DNA from: Eledone cirrhosa
Taxonomy: Eukaryota
Length of the DNA: 64,000 bases
NCBI GenBank assembly: GCA_964016885.1
Contig: OZ024741.1
Coordinates: forward strand, 382,106,001 to 382,170,000
Direction of reading: 5' to 3'
Each line of letters begins with the position of its first letter. Position 1 is the stretch's first letter. Shown piece after piece: positions 37,180-51,424 of the stretch. The translations under genes and the position numbers were made by a program. The notes beneath the pieces were generated by a model. That model had not been told where the DNA came from, did not search any database, and saw only the letters and a list, made by a program, of their open reading frames with translations.

Positions 37180-40100
37180 CTGTTTTGCTCACAGTTTTTT
37201 TAATGAATAATGAAAAAAACATGAAACTCGTCTGCTAAGGTTTGAAGCTCTCAGTATTTTAAACATCTTATTCTCAGTTAGTGTGAACTAGAAACATATA
37301 GGGCAACAGGATAAAATTATAGTTGGCCAAATGAAAATATTCAAATACGGCAGATATTATGTGGCAGGATTAGTTCCTTTTTATATTGCTATATAGGATT
37401 TGGGACACTTCAGACTACAAAATATATGTGTTCGTGATACATTCTATAAACATTTCAACATGACTACAAATCTTATCAAAATATGCTTTGATGTTTGGAA
37501 AACCACATTCGAGGATATGGTAAAATGATAAAATTAAAAGTATGAAATAATATTTCATAACAATATGATATGAATGATAATATTTTAAGGGGAATTAAGA
37601 GCTCAAAATTCATTCGCATTTTATATCTTCAAATATTTAATAAATCATTATATATATTAAATTATGCACATAGAGACAGACATATATGCCAAAGACATAT
37701 CTGTACAGAATCGATGTTGTATATAACCGAATCGATATTGTGTAAATGAATAAGTAAATACACTCCCAAATATAAAGATATGCCTTTTATAGTTATTTCG
37801 CCGCACACTCGAAATGAGTAATCGACCAAATTCAAGTTTTGTATCTGATTGGACATCGTGATTTTGATCGCTAATATAGATATATATTTTCCTGGGAAGA
37901 GACAGAAGAGATTGTCAAAATGGAGGGAAAATATTTAAGCAAATACAGATTTTCCGTCCATGAAGTAATGATTAGGAGTGAAACATGTTTATACATGTCA
38001 GAGTAACTATTTACAGGTTTACGCGACATGGATTACGCATTTACCTTTGATTTTGGTTCACCGAGAGGTTTGTAAAACGTTACATCTTATCATGTAAATT
38101 ATAATAGAGACACATTGACGCAGATGCGGTTAGCTCTAATAATTTTCTTGCACTGATATATCTAAAATGTCCAAAGTTTGTCATGACCCTCAGGTTGGTG
38201 CTTTAAGCGTTTGAGTAGCTTCCAAAGCCTTTGAGTGTAGAATAATCCTCCTCGGACAGCACTCGAGTCTATCGCAGAGTTAAACTCCTAACTACTGCTG
38301 CTACTCATTTTCAGATAAATATACTGGAGCAATGTGAAATGAATTATTTCAATGTCATTTTGATATAAGACAAACACAATAGGCCACGCACCTCAACTAC
38401 TTATATGTACAAGTACTTATATTATATATATATATTTCATTGGGAATTTAAGCCCGAAATTAAAAGATATGTTATAGTTTCAGTTGCTTGGCTGGTAATT
38501 ATTCTTACTATCCAATATATTGAATGCTTTTAGCTAATTTGAAGTAGATGAATGTAACAATTCTCCTTCGATAAATGTCATATTATCCGCGGATGTATTA
38601 TGAGATGATATCTTGTAATTCTTTAACTGATGCTCGTCGAATATAGAGTGCTCTCTACTGCACAACACCGGTTGCAGTGGAAATGAACACCAAGTCTACG
38701 AGGTGATATAGCTATTAATTATAGTTAGTCAGCATATTTAGTTTTGTCGGTATATTTACAGTATTATATGTATAAATAGTGTATTTTACGCATAGATAAC
38801 TACATCCCACTAAAAACAGTGGACATATGTCAGAACTATAAAATAAAGAAATATTTTTAGTAAATATATTTGAAGTAGTTTAGAAATACTTAAAATATAA
38901 ATGGAGTTTTCTTTCCTTAGCAGAATAACATTATCTTCACTTCTAGAATTTGAAAATCAAAAATATATATCAAAAATATATATGGAGGATATTATTTTCT
39001 GACATTCGTTGTTACAGAGACCAAAAGCAGTTCATTTGTAAATATCAAAAGATAAACTAAAAAGGAGATAAAAATATAGTGAGAATGAAGTCGTTTATTT
39101 ATCTCTTGTTGTTTTTTGCATATCAAAATAGAAAGAGAATAAAAATACCCTTTGTTCCATTAATTAGAAATGTTGTATTGAAATCTCAGTTGCTTTTGAA
39201 ATATGATGTATGCCAGGGCATAATAAAATAGGTAAAAATGCAGAGATACTGTTTTTTTAACAAAGTCGTTATTTAGGGACAAGTACGAATCGAAACTGCC
39301 TTAAGGAGTACATTAAACCTTGGGCAGTTTTGTTACCATTCATCAATGAAAGATCGTAAATGCTGTTGCTGTAGGTTTTATTTGTGTGCTGGTAATAATA
39401 AGCTGAGTAACTATCTAGTGTCTACCTGGTTAAATATTGAACGAATATATTGATATAAAAACTGGAAGGCATAGGATGGTCAATTAAATATATATTAATA
39501 TTTAGTCAACCAATCGATTATCAGAATCAACTTGTGTTATATTTGAATCGTACTAGAATTATGCACGGAAGATCCTACAATCATTGAACCTATCCTCAAA
39601 TATGGAGTGTAGTTAACAATTCATATTTGTTTTGAATTTAATCGTAACCTCCCCAATATATTATAGATAGCATAATATAGACAAAGCTATTAGAAATATT
39701 CTGATAGCAATCATTCACAAAAGAACATTTTTGTGTAACTATAAAGAACTTGTGTTGCAGAAGATTTGAAATCGGATGAATTTTCGTCGGAAAAGCATAT
39801 ATTTGTCGGGAAATGTTGCCTGATTTTATTCTTTGTAGACAACCCTCTACGCGCGTTTCAGCTAAAAATACCTCGATGGTTGCTAGCTAATTATTTGACC
39901 TATAGCAGAAAGTTTATAAGACAACATCGACCTCTAAAGTTTTTGAACACAGAGGAGATAACTGAATAGCACAAATAATTCTGACCGCCGATCTACTTGT
40001 TGAACTACTCCAGTATCCTCTTTTGATGAAGAATAATAGGAACATATGTCATCAAAATATTCAAAATAAATTAATCAATGACATTCATTAAAGTATGTGT

Positions 40101-40340
40101 GTCTTGGACTGATGTGTAATGTAAATTCCTCTGGTGTATAACACACTAATTACAATATCATTATAATCATATCAATTCAGAATTATTGAAATACGTAATT
40201 AGCTTCCCTAGCTCTCTCGTCAACAGTTATATTCTTATTAGGGAACATTGTATGGAAACTAACATAACGAGCATATGCACAGGCCCACTCTATTGACATA
40301 CTGCATAAATGCATAAATGCATGCTTGATGCATGTATGTT

Positions 40341-40372
<32 letters not shown>

Positions 40373-40375
40373 GAT

Positions 40376-40456
<81 letters not shown>

Positions 40457-40578
40457 GGAGGTGAGTTTTATTGTAGTACAATAAAGCAATGCAGATATCG
40501 GATAAGAAGCACTCTACAATTTGTAGGACTGGAGTATGCATAATATAAGATCAAAAGATGGTTAAAGGAGTTCCATGT

Positions 40579-40647
40579 ATTTTATTATGTGCATTTCAAA
40601 AACAAACATCATCATGCAATAACATTTGTGTTTTCATCAGATAAAAC
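40579..40647 (-). ncRNA. Hammerhead ribozyme motif (inverted copy, one change in the stem III palindrome)
   Basis: Reverse complement of 42107-42175 except TGCACA for TGCGCA. Confidence 0.75.
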
Positions 40648-42106
40648 AGGAGAACATGATATGAAGGCTAAAAAACACTTGTGGATAGTGCAGTTTTAAA
40701 TCAACATATGAAAAGTGGTTTTAGATTGATGTGTGATATTGGGAAAAAAATATTTTATTTAGAGAGGAGGGGGGGGGGTGGAAAGGATGAAAAGGGAATT
40801 TGGCTCCACTTCCACCTCTTTTAAAGCTCGTCTCTATAATCATCATTCATCTTTCAAATACAAACTTAAAAGAACTAACACTGCTCTCTCAGAACTCATA
40901 TGGTCCTTAAAAGACAAAAACATTAAATATACCATCTTTTGGAAGAAGATTTCTTCTGCATCCTCATACTTGAACAGCTCTCTATCTAAAATCTGTAATC
41001 TCTGCCTAAATGAAAAATTTACCATTATCTCTAACCTAGATTCTATAATAAATAGACGCACAGATTTTTTTTCTATCTGCCTGCATAAATTCCATAGAAC
41101 TTTTCACAAAGTATACAGTTAATATTCAATTCTTTATCAATTTAGAATCTTTTCTCAAAGGCACATATACATACACCTCTTTAAAATATACCCATCTACC
41201 TTACTTTAAAGGGCATTATACACTCTATAATACTTGTTTACTCATTACCCTCATTCTATCTTCACCTTGTAAAATCATAACATATACATTTATTGTTTTT
41301 GACGTTAGAATATTCATCCGCAATCATTATTATTTTTTCTCTCTATCATAAATCTTTTTAATCTCAATTTCATCCTTAATTTATATTTTTTTGTTCTCCC
41401 CATCAACGATCTCATTATTAATACATATTAACTCTTTATTCGCTTATATTATCAATTCAATCAATATACAAACTTTAACTTCACATTATTTTTCTCAAAT
41501 CCTTCTACACACAGACCTTAATAATTTTTCTCTTCGTTAATTTTGAAATTGCCACAATACATACATTTCTTTTTTTCTCTCTATCTTCATACATAATTTC
41601 CCTTCGTTAATTTTCAAATTCCTTTAATTTATACATTATCTTCCAACGGTTCCCAACCTCTCTATGTTAAAACAATATATCTTTTTCTCAGTTATAAAAA
41701 CTATCTCTTTCTCTCTATCACCCATCTCTCCCTCTCCACCTTCACTCTCATCTCCTCCCCCTTTTTTTCATCCTTTCCACCCCCCTCCCTAAATAAAATA
41801 TTTTTTCCTCGCACATATCCTCCATTCGTTAATTTTCAAAATTTTTAATTTATACAGTATCTTCCAACGGTTTTCAACCTCTCTATGTAAAAAATATATC
41901 TCCTCTCAGTTATAAAAACTATCTCTTTCTCTCTATCACCCATCTCTCCCTCTCATCTCCTTCCCTTTTCATCCTTTCCACCCCCCCCTCTCTAAATACA
42001 ATATTTTTTTCCCAATATCACACATCAATCTAAAACCACTTTTCATATGTTGATTTAAAACTGCACTATCCACAAGTGTTTTTTAGCCTTCATATCATGT
42101 TCTCCT

Positions 42107-42175
42107 GTTTTATCTGATGAAAACACAAATGTTATTGCATGATGATGTTTGTTTTTGAAATGCGCATAATAAAAT
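42107..42175 (+). ncRNA. Type I hammerhead ribozyme motif with long stem II
   Basis: GTTTTAT-CTGATGA-[36 nt imperfect hairpin]-GAAA-TGCGCA-TA-ATAAAAT; palindrome ATGCGCAT; AUA cleavage triplet. Confidence 0.82.
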
Positions 42176-42207
42176 ACATGGAACTCCTTTAACCATCTTT
42201 TGCTCTC

Positions 42208-42255
<48 letters not shown>

Positions 42256-42262
42256 TATACAT

Positions 42263-42323
<61 letters not shown>

Positions 42324-42333
42324 CACACACACA

Positions 42334-42371
<38 letters not shown>

Positions 42372-42374
42372 CAT

Positions 42375-42407
<33 letters not shown>

Positions 42408-43040
42408 GGGAGAGAAAGTTGGATAGATAGATATGTATATAATGTATATACAATAGGTATATGTGTGTGCGTATTTGTACGTGTCTTTGCATGTGCATAA
42501 GCATACAGTCTCATAATCAATGTGTTTAAAGTTGAATTGGCATTTGTCTCGTTGATACTACAGATGCATATTTGGAATCTAGAGTAGAAAGTGAAGTAGC
42601 TTATTATATATGTCAATATCCTAAAATAGACATCACTATTGATAAGATACTTTAGAATATGGAGCAAAAACTAATGAATCGAATACGGTGGGCACTGGAA
42701 CATTTTGGAGATAGTTGTTATTTCTGTGAACAGATAATGAACCAACATATAAAACTGACTGCATGTTAGCAAATTTTGGCATCGCATGTGTTTGCCAGAA
42801 CAAAGAACGATTTTTGTAATTCTTCCAATGCAAAACATGTGATACAATGAATAACAAGAATGCAAATCAGGAATCAATAAAACGAAATGTATTGGCTGAT
42901 TGGTGTACAAAAGAATGGTAGAAACAATTCAGTATATATCTTTCTAAACGTCACCACTAATGGGTTTCTATGCTTATTCAGTAAGGATTTATAAGTACAT
43001 ACTCACAAGGACACACAGGCATTCACAAGAAGACATTAAC

Positions 43041-43079
<39 letters not shown>

Positions 43080-43749
43080 ACACATTTACACGCATAACTG
43101 TACTAGCAATCACATGTATATGTTGATGTGTGTGTGTGTGTATGTGTGTGCGTGTGTGTGTGCGTGTGTGTATGCTTGTATATATATATATATTTATTTA
43201 TATATATATATATACATGAGTTTGTGTGTGTGTGTATGTGTGTGAGTTTGTGTCTACGTGTGCGTGTGTGTGAGATAATATTTGTGTGAATGAGTTTTTA
43301 TAGTAGGCGTTATGACTGTCTTTGTGTTAGAATGTCTGAACGTGTTTTTTCATGTATGATGAGCTCTCAGCTTATGATCTTGTTTCCGTGTAGTGTGAAT
43401 CTGGATGAGTAAATATATATCCCATTGAAAGTAGAGGTAAAAGCAAGCAATATCATAGAGTGGGAACTAATAATACTCTGAAAAAAAATGTTTTCAGCGT
43501 TGCGCAAGTTGTGCAATTTGCATTCATCTACGGAACCTTTATCAATACATTTCTCTCCCATCGTGAACAGAACAATAAAAAAATGAAGGACAAAACTTCC
43601 GTTGCAATTACTAGACATTGGTAAATACGTGACCACTTGAACAAACATATCTCTCAGATGGATTAATCTCAGTTGTGTTCTGCTTGTGATTTGTAAGTGT
43701 AATATAACCGTATCGCGGAGTAAATATATATTACAAGTTACTTTAGTTT

Positions 43750-43927
<178 letters not shown>

Positions 43928-46900
43928 CTTTGATATGTTCAGATGATTCATTCAGCCAATTAATGCAAATGCGTACACACTTCCTCGCTCACAAACGTTA
44001 GTTCACTTCTACAACTTCAATGCTAACTGTTAACTGTCTTCTTCTCCAGTTGGTCATTGGTGATATAAAGCCTAAAATGACAGTGACAACAAAAAGTAAA
44101 TTTATACAAATCGTATCAAACAGAGAGAAAACAAAAGGATGCACACCAGTCCGTAGAGAACTCTTGTTTTATAGTATCTCGTCGTTATATAGACATCACG
44201 TATAACCGACATGTTTACATGAAACTAATAAATAGAATATCAACACCAAAAGTTACAACAATCTTTGATTAACAGAGATGGCGTCGCAGTATTGGTGAAA
44301 CCGTTATGACTAGCAACACACTACGTTAGGTTTTCACAACAACCACACAGATTACTCTTACAAACATATAAGCAGGCAATAGAACATCAGGGTATGATCA
44401 TGTACAATGGGATATAAAGGAACATCTCTTTTAATATTACAGTCTCAGTAAGCCTAATAAGGTGGTGAATCTGCAGCCAGCAGCCTTTACGCGAAGGCTT
44501 GGGTAGGTCTTGGCTGATAATGCACAGACATGCGCTGAGGCTATTTTTACTCCAGTTATATATAAAGAATGAATACGTATTGTTGCCATTTGTCAATCTC
44601 GTCATTCCGTTGCTCTCGACTTGAATGTATCAAACGTAGAACAAACCGGGCGCTTAATTTCAGGAATATTGTCAGGTGATCACAGCATTCGATTAATTTG
44701 GTAAGGCCTTCTGTAGAGAACTAGTGGTTGTAAAGAATGATGATGCTCTCGGAGAGACCATAGACGTTGACGAGAACGAATTAGCCGGTCTATTCAGGTT
44801 AACTTGGTTTACAATGGACGAGTCCCAGAAATCCCTCACTCCGCAGTGCTTCCAGAGAGCTCTGTCAGCTCGAGATCATCTCAACAGACACGCAAACGCT
44901 GTCAGACGGACCTGTACAAAATAGGCATATACAAACAAAACGTTTTCGACGCACTTTTCCATAGTATTGCATAATTGTGGCGGGAGTTTTGTTGAACAGT
45001 AATTGAACATAATTGTAGCGTGTATATCGAGCCCTGCAAATGACTCACTCCTTCGTTAAATTCGGCCAATTGCTTTTTGGGGCCGAGAAGGGCAGGAAAC
45101 TTTCCTCTGTCCGGTAGATAATGTGAAAGGGTTTGTGTGGTGGATGTGACTGAAAGGACTGAAGAGAGAAACTTTCCTCTCTGGCCAGGCCCTCATGACC
45201 TTTTCGAGTTCCATTTGAATAAGTAGGCGAGGGAGATGAGAGAATTATGCCCTCACCCAGTACATTTGTGAAAATTGGGTGAATGTAGGGAGGATGCCCC
45301 AAGTGTGTCTGGGTACTCTGAGCATGCGCCTGTTTGCTCGAGAGTATTATGAAGAGAGAGGCACCTTCCCATTGTGCTCTTTGTTATGTTATTGGTTTAT
45401 GATGTGTGGGGAACATCATTTACACATACGGCGTACTCCCTCCTGTTGGAGAATTGTATTGTTATTAATTTGTTGTTAATTGTTGGCTGATACCTTTGTT
45501 TTCACAATCTTAAAATATATTTCTAAATTCTCACTGACCATTTTTTTTTGTATTGTCCTCTACGTTTCGGCTCTACTTTGTAATAAAGGAAAGTTTAAAC
45601 AAGAAATACAATATTAAAGGACGATGTGGGAAATGGAATTTATTTGATATGATTTCGAGAATATAAATGATGATAATGCATCAATAAGGGGGATGAGAAA
45701 AAGTGGAAATATGATAAATAAGAAAAATGCCCAAACAATTTATTTCCAGCTTTGCTACGCAAAAGGAAGAATACAAAATTTACTACCAAACCGAAAGAAA
45801 GGGAGTAAATGGAATACTTTAGAATAAAAGTTAGAATCGATATTTTTTATAACCCTGGCAGTTTGCTGACAGCAACGCTTGTGCATCAAGAACACTGTCT
45901 CCCGTCCAATCATTCGAGGGTAAATTTACTTTCCGGTATTGGTAAAAAATCTATCTCTCAAGTATTTATTATTCATATAATTGAATATGCCCCTCATCCT
46001 CAGAAATCAAGACCTAAGCTTTTGTCAAAAAATAATATGAGATAACATTAAAGTAGGTTGAAACATAGTAAAAATAAATAGATAAACAGAAAGTAGAGTT
46101 TGATTACAATGAAGTATAATTTGGGAGGATTATTCTCCTTTGTATATAAATAAGCAGTTGAAGGTGATGTGGTTAAAACACTGTGATAAAATAACATGAA
46201 TATGAGTTTAATGCCAGTTAATATATATTGATGGTTTAAAAAGACTGTCAATGTAGTGAAATTAACAATCAACGTAATAAAATAGGAGTGAAAATTTAAT
46301 ATACACATAAATGAATATATTTATAGTTGGAACACTGCTCCGGGGTTAAAAATCGCGTATTTATAGTACCACTTGTATGGTGTTACGCAGGACCTATAAT
46401 AGTCGTGGGAACAATATTTTTGTAGGGAATTTACTATGGTTCTTAGTGATACTGAAATTTATACTGAAATTATTTTCTATCTAGTTAAAAATAAAATGAC
46501 ATAATTGACTGGAAAATTTTAAGAGGAATGTATCAAATGTATAGGTGCGTGTTTAATAAATTCTTACATAAATATAAATATAGTACATTTGAATTGATTT
46601 AATGTTCTAAATGTCATATGCATGATGTTAATGATTAGGTAAATGGAGTTTCGAGAATAACGTTTCAATTTGATTGTAATTATATTTGATAAAGAATGGC
46701 GTGTTGGTTAATTTTATAGCCAAAATGGAACTCGATAAAATCGTATCATCATTTATGTTGTGACTTGGTTTTAAAGTTATGTGTTTGTTCATAAAATATA
46801 TTTAAACAAATTGGTAGCTAAACATGCATATTATTTCGAGGTAACCTTGGTCCCGCCCATCACAAAAGGATCTGGTACTTGGGAAGTTTTTATTCTTTTA

Positions 46901-46955
46901 GATGTACCGTTGTTATTGTTTTGATAATTACAGTTACCGATATTTCCAATCACTG

Positions 46956-47039
46956 GTGAGGTCTGCAAAAATGTTCAGGTGTCTACAGTCACACACACAC
47001 ACACACACACACAACACACACACACACACACACACCAAT

Positions 47040-47135
<96 letters not shown>

Positions 47136-47210
47136 ATATGTATATGTGTGTATGTATGTATTTATGTGTGTATTTATGTGTGTATGTGTATGTGTATATA
47201 TATGTATGTA

Positions 47211-47263
<53 letters not shown>

Positions 47264-47318
47264 GTGTGTGTGTGGGGGCGGGGGGCTGTAGACACCTGAC
47301 CATTTTTGCAGACCTCAC
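46956..47318. repeat. 33-bp inverted repeats enclosing (CA)n(TA)n(TG)n
   Basis: GTGAGGTCTGCAAAAATGTTCAGGTGTCTACAG / CTGTAGACACCTGACCATTTTTGCAGACCTCAC, one mismatch. Confidence 0.93.
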
Positions 47319-47769
47319 AAATGAATAGGTGTTATTTGCTTGGAATAAATGAACCTTAAAAAATAGGAGTGCCTCTCAGTGTGTTTGCTTGTAGCTACTT
47401 AGCTTGTTTATATACATATCATTTTTAAAGAAATCACTTTTCTTTAAATCCATCAACCAAGGACCTCCACGCATCCCAATTACCACCCTCTCCTAGCGAC
47501 CATAAAATGTATAAATACCATATATGTATACAGACGTACAGTAGTATGTATATATATATACATACATGCACACATGTATGTACGTGTACATACTTATATT
47601 TATGTAACAGTCGTACTAAGAGGAGGAAATGAAATTTCGTTTCATTTTTTCCGTTTATTGTTTTCGGTGCACCCGGCGGATTAACCCACTCAATATGCAA
47701 ATTGGGCTACTCAGCCGTTAATATGAATAAGGTAAGTATATACGTTCAACAATCTGGCAGGAAGGTATA

Positions 47770-47810
47770 CATTGCTGACGATAGCTAATAAGCTTGAAAC
47801 TAGTACAGCG
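47770..47810 (+). ncRNA. Minimal hammerhead ribozyme motif in ORF-less cassette
   Basis: CATTG-CTGACGA-tAGCtaataaGCTt-GAAA-CTAG-TA-CAGCG; palindrome ACTAGT; GUA triplet. Confidence 0.72.
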
Positions 47811-48014
47811 TTCCTTTGTCAGTGTTGAACAAACGAGCAACGATGGTTGCTAGACACTACGGCTTAATATGGGATGTTTGTTTACAAACACACCGAACAT
47901 TATAATAAATGTTCGGTGAATCCATACGTACATATATATATGTCTGCATGTATGTATATATAAATATACATACTACTGTACGTCTGTATACATATATGTA
48001 TGTACGTGTACATA

Positions 48015-48049
<35 letters not shown>

Positions 48050-49127
48050 ACGGCACTTGATAACATAAAAACCGAAATTGAACTCCTTAACTTGAGAGCC
48101 CAAGCAAATGAAGATAGGATCAAATCAATCGACGATGAGATTAATCTAGCAATTATCAATATAACCAAAGACACCAACCTAGAAAATATTTCAAAATTAT
48201 GTAATAAGGAAGAATTACAATCCCTTCAACGCTGGGAAATAAACGAAACCTGGTTCTCTAACTATGAAAAACCTTTCCAAAAAGAACACACATCCAAGAA
48301 CCCCTTCATTAAAACCATAATAACAAGAAAACTCAATCAACACCCAAACATCACATAACAACCAACAACAACAAAAAAGCAATGCCTCCCCACATACCAA
48401 CAAAATGAGGTATCACCTCGCCCCTACCTCCTACACCTTCCACACAACTATCACACGGACTCCAAAGCAACAACTATAGTAATAGAGAAACATCAGCTAC
48501 AAGATAGACACTACACCTTCTCTCCTACCAGGAGAAACCATAAAACCCCCCACAATTACAACCCCCTAACATCCCCACAACAAACACACAACCATCATTA
48601 CTTCCAACATATAACCCAAAATAGACAACTACCATACATGTCACACAGGGCCTCACAACCACACACCAGCTATAAGGAAACCCTATTCTATCCTCCCCCA
48701 CTTACCACACCCTACTACAACAACACCAGCAGGGGACAATACAACCACACCAGACACCATAACCACTACAACGACCATAGATACACACCATATAACAGCA
48801 ACAACAGGACTCAATATGAACACACAAGACAACCCTACTACAACTACCACCAAGTCTACACACCCTACAACAACAGCAGTGCTCAACACAACCACACGTT
48901 ACAACCCAACTTCAACACCCACCAGAACTTCACACCCTATAACCACGTCCATCAAATCTACACACCCTAAAACAACAGCAGCAGGGCTCAATACAACCAC
49001 ACGATACAACCTAAACTCAACAACCACCACAGCTACACACCATCTTACAACAACAGCAGGAGCCAATAAAACTATAAGAGACATCCACACTTTAACAGCC
49101 ATCACAACTTCCGTAATCATTTTTTAG
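48050..49127 (+). pseudogene. PLE accessory ORF remnant with Tyr/Asn/His/Gln-rich tandem repeats
   Basis: Homologous to the central part of the 4108 ORF; repeats such as YTPYNNSSAQHNHT in 48638..48970. Confidence 0.6.
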
Positions 49128-49149
49128 ACACAGCACACAGACACAGGAT

Positions 49150-51424
49150 TAAAAGATAACACAAAACACACAGGAGACACAAAATGCAATAAAAATTGTC
49201 AATTTAACCTCCAAAGAATTAACAACAGACCAAATCAACATACTCTCCAAAGGTCAAAAATTCACACCAACTCCCCAACAACCAAACTACCCCGAAATGA
49301 AGGAAGATATTGCAGAATTCTGTAGAAAACTAAGACTCAGCGAACAACTATACACCAAATACAATGAGGATGACTCAATAGCCAGAAATAGAAGCAACTA
49401 CACCCCACCAAAAGGCAAGAATAAATTTCTCGATCAATTCTGCGAACACATTACGAATTAACCATACCACCACCTACACAGACATAAACAAAAACCAAAC
49501 CTAAGCAAAATAGAATGGAATGGTCTTAACAGTCTAAAAAACGACAAAACCCTAACAATTAAAGAGGCAGATAAAGGGAGTGCAGTAGTCCTTATGGAGA
49601 CAGATTATTACACAACTCCAGTACTCACAACTTTAGAAAACCAAACATATTATGAAAAGGCCCAACACTACACACAACAGAAAATAATGAGAAACCTAAA
49701 ATCCCTGAGAACCTTTTACAAAAAAGGCCTTAAAGACAAGGAATACAACTACATCACCAATTTCAAAAGCAGAACCAGCCTCTTCTACGGTATCCCCAAG
49801 ACACACAAAAGCGAGATAATAGGCAGGGCCTGCAAGCAAGACATAGACGTTTACATCAATATAGCCCCTCCTGATGACCTTAAATTAAGACCCATAATAG
49901 CAAGCACCACACTAAGCAACTTCCTAGATATTCTGTTTAAACCTTTCCTTAAACACATAAAAAGCTTCATAATGCACGACCTTGACATGCTCAACCACCT
50001 CCCAACAACACTCAATAACGAACATACCCTACTAGTAACCTTTGATGTCATCAATTTATATTCCAATATCCCACACAACCTAGGTATAGAGGCAATACAA
50101 TTCTGGATGGAAAATTTCCCTAGTGAGCTTCCACACACAGCGCATCCCTAAAGAAGTTGTGTTGGAGGGACTTAAATCTTGGAAAACATTTTCTTCGAAT
50201 TCAATGCCAAATACTACAGACAGAAATCTGGGACTGCCATGGGCACGAAAGTGGCCCCCTCATACGCCAACCTTGTCATGGGATATCTGGAAACCATTCT
50301 CTAACGCAAAGTTATAGACAAATACGGCAACCACTTCTACCAACAAATAGAAAAGAACTGGAAGAGACATCTGGCATGAAAGTATAGATAGACGGTTTGA
50401 GTTCAAAACCCGTCTGAATGAGCTCAACACTAACTTACAATTCACAATGGATTACAGCAATGTACAACTCCCTTTCCTCGACATCCTCATCAAGAAAACA
50501 AGCAACAAAATAGAAACAGACATATACTACAAACCCACAGACTCCAAACAATACTTTCCATTCAACTCGTGCCACCCTAGACACACTAAAATGGCAATTC
50601 CTTATAAGCTAGTCAGAAGGATCTGCACAATAGTTTCAGATAAATACACATGCTACACACGACTAGAAGAATTAAAAAACACACTTATCAGCAGAAACTA
50701 CCCACCATCCCTAATCACCAATGGATTTCAACGTGCCCTAAAACTGGACATCCAGGAACTCAGACACCCCAAACCCAGGAGTAAACCGCAACAAAAAACT
50801 CTACCATACATCTCCACACACAACACCCTCAACAATGAGGGATTCGAGACCATCCTCCAGAACATTCCTTTACTAAAAAGAGACGCAATAATGAACAATA
50901 TCCTCCAAACACACAATATCATAAAGAGCAAAAGACAACCCAAATCCATAAAAAAACATCCTCACACAAGCCAAAATCCAATAAACCCTCACAATAAACC
51001 CTACAGTAACAAAGTGCGGAAGGCACAACTGTGGCATATGCATAAATCTGATAGAAGGTTCAACATTCCATTTTAAACAAGGACAACTTTTCACAGTTAA
51101 ACACAACTTTACATGTGCATCTGAAAACCTTATCTATGTGTTGACCTGCTCAGGTTGTCAAGAGCACTACATAGGACAGAAAAAAATAGCCTCCGTCAAC
51201 GTATGACCGTCCATAAATCACAAATTAAAATACAGGAATACAGAAAGTTTGCATTTAGTGAACATATCGCCAATTGTGCTCTCAACCAACAATCAAATTA
51301 AAACATTTTCCCCATTTACAAATTCATAGACAACGCTATTTTCATCCAACGCACCAATAAGGAAACACATTTCATTAATAAATTTCAACCACTACTCAAT
51401 GCCCTAAACATCGGACCAATTTAA
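49150..51424 (+). pseudogene. PLE RT + GIY-YIG, multiple frameshifts and stops
   Basis: ORF pieces 49594..50151 and 50447..51076 plus intervening motifs. Confidence 0.9.

Larger units (their letters stand above)
40546..42210 (+). mobile_element. Heavily 5'-truncated PLE (GIY-YIG C-terminal half + long 3' UTR) with inverted terminal repeats 40546-40798 / 41961-42210
   Basis: GSTSTSFKARLYNHHSSF..TALSELIWSLK..CNLCLNEK endonuclease remnant; about 250 bp inverted repeat; (TA)n on both flanks; internal direct duplication near 41600-42010. Confidence 0.85.

Noticed and set aside
37004-37238. Poly-E/poly-S ORFs, and likewise poly-R, YI, CV, HT and ER ORFs throughout the track
   Set aside because: Translations of microsatellites
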